Below, piece by piece: positions 60,105 through 64,000 of a stretch of 64,000 nucleotides of DNA. The notes under the pieces were generated by a model. That model saw only the letters and a program-made list of their open reading frames with translations, made no database searches and was not told the origin of the DNA. The DNA comes from Acaryochloridaceae cyanobacterium VAR_48_metabat_390 (GTDB lineage Bacteria > Cyanobacteriota > Cyanobacteriia > Thermosynechococcales > Thermosynechococcaceae): assembly GCA_031422435.1 (NCBI GenBank), contig JANPLU010000033.1:1-64000 (forward strand), read 5' to 3'. The position numbers were made by a program, and so were the translations under genes. Position 1 is the first letter of the stretch, and each line of letters begins with the position of its first letter.

Positions 60105-60356
60105 TTAGGCTGCGTCTAGCCACTCAGACTCTGGCGATAAATCTTGCCAAGCTTCCGTCACAATTTCACTAAGCCATTGGCGCGTCATCTGGTCTAACTC
60201 AGGGTCATCTGCCAAAACGAGGCGAGTCAAATCATTTAAAGATTGCCCTTCGGCATAGGCACTACTCACCAACCCTGCGATCGTTGCAGCAATCAGCTCT
60301 TCTGTAATTGGGCTTTGGCTACCGCTGCGGGTCTCCAAAGCGCTAGGATGATTCAT
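60105..60356 (-). CDS. Small acidic hypothetical protein
   Basis: 83 aa with a GGGGG RBS-like sequence upstream; fills the gap between neighbours. Confidence 0.65.
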   Translation of the reverse strand: MNHPSALETRSGSQSPITEELIAATIAGLVSSAYAEGQSLNDLTRLVLADDPELDQMTRQWLSEIVTEAWQDLSPESEWLDAA

Positions 60357-60451
60357 TATTCCCCCTGATGTAAAAAGTTTGCGTCACATTTCTTAGAACT
60401 GCACTCGGCATCTTAACCTATTTTTAACGCTTCCCCTTCGGCGCGAGCAAA

Positions 60452-62500
60452 ATGCAAGAAATCTTTTACACTGAAGTCCCCACACCTGATACCCATCGCG
60501 TCAAAACTTGGCTCCAGAAAAACTTTCAGCCAGTGCTGGGCACAAAAGTTAATACAGCAGAAGGCTGCTGTGTAAAGCATTTGCCAGAAGCAGAGTGGTC
60601 TATTTTTGTTTGGTCTGTACAGCGTACCACCTACCTCAAAGTATTTCGATGGAGCAAGTCGTTTCCTCGTAACGAATCAACATTTCTTAAAAAACTTCAG
60701 CAAGATTTAGCCAAAGCGTTTCCGATCCGGTATCCAGCACCGCCTCAAATCGATCTCACCCAAACCTCCATCTTTGAGGGCTTAGCCCAGCAATACCCCC
60801 TAACCGTTAAATACTTTCAGCAGATGCCCAAAGGCGAAGCTGATCTCAAGCGAGTCTACTGGTGGGAGCAGCGCTGGCGCGATAATGTACATTCACCTCA
60901 GCAGCCTCGTCAGGTGATCTTTCAAGGCGATGCTGCCAATGCCGATGACCTGCCCACCTATGACCTGATCTATTTAGGCGGTGCCCTTGGGGTGATTCAT
61001 GCGGCAGTCATGGCGAAGTTGGGCTATCGCGTACTGCTCATAGAGCGACTCCCCTTTGGACGGATGCATCGAGAATGGAATATCTCGCGGGCAGAATTTC
61101 AAAACTTAATTGATTTAGGTTTATTTACCGCCGCTGAGTTTGAAGACTTAATTGCCCGCGAATATGTCGATGGCTTTCATAAGTTTTTTGATGCCAATAA
61201 CCCACCCCAGGCCAAGGCCGCAATTCTCCATACGCCGACAGTGCTGAACATTGCTGTCAATTCAGCCAAGCTTTTGCAGGTCTGCGGCGAAAAACTCTGC
61301 AGAGCGGGTGGCGAAATCTGGGACTACACCGAATTTACTCGAGCCGACATCCAGCCCCACCGAGTGAAAGTGCAGAGTACCTACCTTCCGGATCAAACAC
61401 TCAAAGAGGCCACCGGAAAAATCTTAATCGACGCAATGGGCACGGCCTCTCCCATCGCTTGGCAGCTGAACGGCGGACGTACCTTTGATAGCGTCTGTCC
61501 AACGGTTGGTGCCGTTGTTTCTGGCGTTGACCCAGCCGTATGGAATTCATCTTTTGGGGATGTTCTCAACAGCCACGGCGATATTTCGCGGGGGCGACAG
61601 CTCATTTGGGAGCTTTTTCCTGGCCCTGGCAACGAACTGACCTTTTATCTGTTTCACTACCACCAAGTGCATCCTGACAATCCAGGCTCACTGCTGGAAA
61701 TGTACGAAGATTTTTTCGCCATCTTGCCAGAGTATCGCCGCTGCGATCTCGACAAACTCACTTGGCTTAAGCCGACCTTTGGCTATATCCCCGGTCACTT
61801 CAGCGCCAATGACCGCGATCGCACCGTAGCCTATGACCGCTTAGTGGCGATTGGAGATGCCGCCTCCATGCAGTCACCGCTGGTGTTTACAGGCTTTGGG
61901 TCAATTGTACGAAACCTACCGCGTTTGACGGACTTACTCGATACTGCGCTTAGAAATAACCTCGTAAAGGCGCAAGACCTTAATCAAATCCGCGCCTATC
62001 AGAGCAACATTGCCGTCACCTGGCTATTTTCGCGGGGCATGATGGTGCCCACAGGTCGGCAGATTCCGCCCCAGCGCGTCAATTCCATGCTGAATACCTT
62101 TTTTGGCATTTTGGCAGGGGAAACCCCAGAAATGGCGGATGGGTTTGTGAAAGATCGCTTTGGCTGGCTACCTTTCAACCGCATGGCAATCAAAGCAGCC
62201 TGGACTAATCCGGCACTGCTGTACTGGATTTGGGACTTAGTAGGGCCAATGGATATGCTGCGATGGCTCCAAAGCTACTGGAGCTTTACGATGGCAGCGT
62301 TTGTGAATGCCTTGCTCCAAAGCTGGTTTCCGACTTTTGTGCGACGGCTTCAGCCTTACCTAGAGCCGCGCTATCCGAGGGTGTGGCTGTGGCTGTTGGC
62401 AATCAGCTATAGCGTAACGTACTCGATGGGGAAAGCACGAATCGAGCGATCGCTCCCTGTGCTTCCCAAATCCTCACCTGTGCCAGTCAAAGTGTTGTAA
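60452..62500 (+). CDS. cruA: FAD-dependent oxidoreductase, CruA-type lycopene cyclase
   Basis: YDLIYLGGALG, REWNIS, DAMGTASP, VCPTVG, IGDAASMQSPLVFTGFGS; the N-terminal extension and 682-aa length fit CruA better than CruP. Confidence 0.8.
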   Translation: MQEIFYTEVPTPDTHRVKTWLQKNFQPVLGTKVNTAEGCCVKHLPEAEWSIFVWSVQRTTYLKVFRWSKSFPRNESTFLKKLQQDLAKAFPIRYPAPPQIDLTQTSIFEGLAQQYPLTVKYFQQMPKGEADLKRVYWWEQRWRDNVHSPQQPRQVIFQGDAANADDLPTYDLIYLGGALGVIHAAVMAKLGYRVLLIERLPFGRMHREWNISRAEFQNLIDLGLFTAAEFEDLIAREYVDGFHKFFDANNPPQAKAAILHTPTVLNIAVNSAKLLQVCGEKLCRAGGEIWDYTEFTRADIQPHRVKVQSTYLPDQTLKEATGKILIDAMGTASPIAWQLNGGRTFDSVCPTVGAVVSGVDPAVWNSSFGDVLNSHGDISRGRQLIWELFPGPGNELTFYLFHYHQVHPDNPGSLLEMYEDFFAILPEYRRCDLDKLTWLKPTFGYIPGHFSANDRDRTVAYDRLVAIGDAASMQSPLVFTGFGSIVRNLPRLTDLLDTALRNNLVKAQDLNQIRAYQSNIAVTWLFSRGMMVPTGRQIPPQRVNSMLNTFFGILAGETPEMADGFVKDRFGWLPFNRMAIKAAWTNPALLYWIWDLVGPMDMLRWLQSYWSFTMAAFVNALLQSWFPTFVRRLQPYLEPRYPRVWLWLLAISYSVTYSMGKARIERSLPVLPKSSPVPVKVL

Positions 62501-62582
62501 CGCAGTAAGAGTACGCTTATTTCAAAACTTTGACTGGACATTGACCAAAGTCAAACGCTTAAGGCAGATCCAGCGTGGTTTT

Positions 62583-62822
62583 TTACAAAAGATCCGCGAA
62601 GTCATCTTTTTCCTTAATAGTCTCAATTTCAACAAAGGCGCAGGGGTAGGGAATAAACAGCGTTCTTTTTTCATTCCAAACGCCGCCTTTTTCAGCAACC
62701 ACCTGCATAATGCCCTCAACGTCACCATTTCCAACATGGATGGTGATGCAAGCTGAGGCAGCTTCTTGATCTCCTTTTTTAAAGGTTGGGCTATAAAACG
62801 TGACTTTTCGACCCTTTGCCAT
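62583..62822 (-). CDS. Small hypothetical protein
   Basis: 79 aa, ATG with GGGAG RBS, co-oriented downstream of carB. Confidence 0.6.
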   Translation of the reverse strand: MAKGRKVTFYSPTFKKGDQEAASACITIHVGNGDVEGIMQVVAEKGGVWNEKRTLFIPYPCAFVEIETIKEKDDFADLL

Positions 62823-62881
62823 GTAACGAATGCTCCCTGTTAAAGCCGTTCAGTATTTATTTTTGTAAAACCTTTAGTGCG

Positions 62882-64000
62882 TCATTTAGACAGAAGCGTG
62901 AGGTGGTAGTCCTGAATGGCTTTGACATCCAATGGGTCAGACTGTAAGGCTTTGATGGCGGCAGCGGTAGCCTTTGCCCCTGCAATGGTGGTCACAATCG
63001 GAACTTTATAGGTCAACGCCGATCGCCGAATCAGGCGACCGTCTGCCTGCGCTTCTTCCCCAGAAGGGGTATTGAGAATAAGCTGGATTTGACTATTTTT
63101 AATGCCATCCAAAACATGGGGGCGACCTTCATGGAGCTTGAATACCAGCGCCACGTCTAAGCCTGCGTCTTGCAATACTTTGCGGGTGCCCGTGGTGGCG
63201 ATCGCCTTAAACCCCATCGCAATCAAGTCTCTGACCACCGGAATAATCGCGTGCTTATCGCGGTCATTCATGGTCACAAACACGGTGCCTGATAGAGGAA
63301 TCTTTTGGTTGGCTGAGAGCTGCGCCTTTGCATAGGCACGACCAAAATCTTGGTCAATTCCCATCGCTTCGCCCGTAGAGCGCATTTCAGGTCCCAGAAT
63401 CGTGTCAGTTCCAGGGAACTTCTCAAAGGGTAAAACGGCTTCTTTGACAGAAATATGGCTGGGGATTTTCTCTTCTGTGATGCCCAGATCCGCTAAGGTT
63501 TTGCCAGACATCAATCGCGCCGCAATTTTTGCTAGGGGGCTTCCAATGGCCTTAGACACAAAGGGCACGGTGCGCGAGGCGCGAGGATTTGCCTCAATGA
63601 TAAAAACCTGTTCGCCCTGCACGGCAAACTGAATATTCATCAGGCCAATCACCTTCAGGGCTTTGGCAAGCTGAATCGTCCAGGTGCGGATTTGGTCAAG
63701 AACAGGGGCACTGAGGGACAGGCTAGGCAGGGTGCAGGCCGAGTCGCCAGAGTGGATGCCTGCCTGTTCAATATGCTCCATGATGCCGCCAATAACGACG
63801 GCTCCAGTGTGGTCGGCGATCGCATCCACGTCCACTTCAATGGCGTTCTCTAAAAACTTGTCGATTAGAATCGGGTGATCTGGCTCGATTTGGACAGCGT
63901 AGGTCATGTAGCGCTCTAGCTCCGCGTCGGAGTAGACGATCTCCATCGCGCGACCGCCCAACACGTAGCTGGGGCGAACCACCACAGGGTACTGAATGCG
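62882..64000 (-). CDS. carB: Carbamoyl-phosphate synthase large subunit (3' part, truncated by window)
   Basis: VVRPSYVLGGRAM, EHIEQAGIHSGDS, EANPRASRTVPFVSK, GPEMRSTGE, C-terminal MGS domain. Confidence 0.97.
   Translation of the reverse strand, partial: RIQYPVVVRPSYVLGGRAMEIVYSDAELERYMTYAVQIEPDHPILIDKFLENAIEVDVDAIADHTGAVVIGGIMEHIEQAGIHSGDSACTLPSLSLSAPVLDQIRTWTIQLAKALKVIGLMNIQFAVQGEQVFIIEANPRASRTVPFVSKAIGSPLAKIAARLMSGKTLADLGITEEKIPSHISVKEAVLPFEKFPGTDTILGPEMRSTGEAMGIDQDFGRAYAKAQLSANQKIPLSGTVFVTMNDRDKHAIIPVVRDLIAMGFKAIATTGTRKVLQDAGLDVALVFKLHEGRPHVLDGIKNSQIQLILNTPSGEEAQADGRLIRRSALTYKVPIVTTIAGAKATAAAIKALQSDPLDVKAIQDYHLTLLSK

Larger units (their letters stand above)
1..64000. repeat. HIP1 octamer GCGATCGC dispersed across the window
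   Basis: Dozens of copies, often as GGCGATCGCC (e.g. near 1053, 2735, 12363, 16294, 22506, 34990, 63196). Confidence 0.95.

Overview
Chromosomal window from a cyanobacterium: the HIP1 octamer GCGATCGC recurs throughout, and cyanobacteria-type furA, nblB-like, cruA-like and cphAB genes are present. It is mostly housekeeping and nutrient genes (ftsY, pheT, cysE, ppc, pgm, sat, dps, phoX, fur, tsaE, rimK-like, nurA-like, a photolyase, a MacAB-type exporter, putA, pstSCAB, partial carB). Three accessory blocks stand out. (1) A cyanophycin locus in which an intact cphB-cphA pair is preceded by a closely related cphA paralog. The paralog keeps an intact ATP-grasp (G) domain, has lost the N-domain HxxEH and Mur-ligase (M-domain) catalytic motifs, and carries an unrelated C-terminal region of about 270 aa. 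The locus is followed by putA. (2) A small CxxC protein, a filamentous-haemagglutinin-domain protein and a secreted TPR-CHAT protease in one module. (3) A surface-glycosylation island with two GT-C-like proteins, GT2, GtrA, GT4 and three methyltransferases, ending in an IS982-like remnant. Also seen: MITE-like elements with TIRs (one with a TTA target duplication), a Pho-box array, an NtcA site and several hairpins. No rRNA, tRNA or CRISPR array was recognised. All calls are by eye from motifs; no database search was run.
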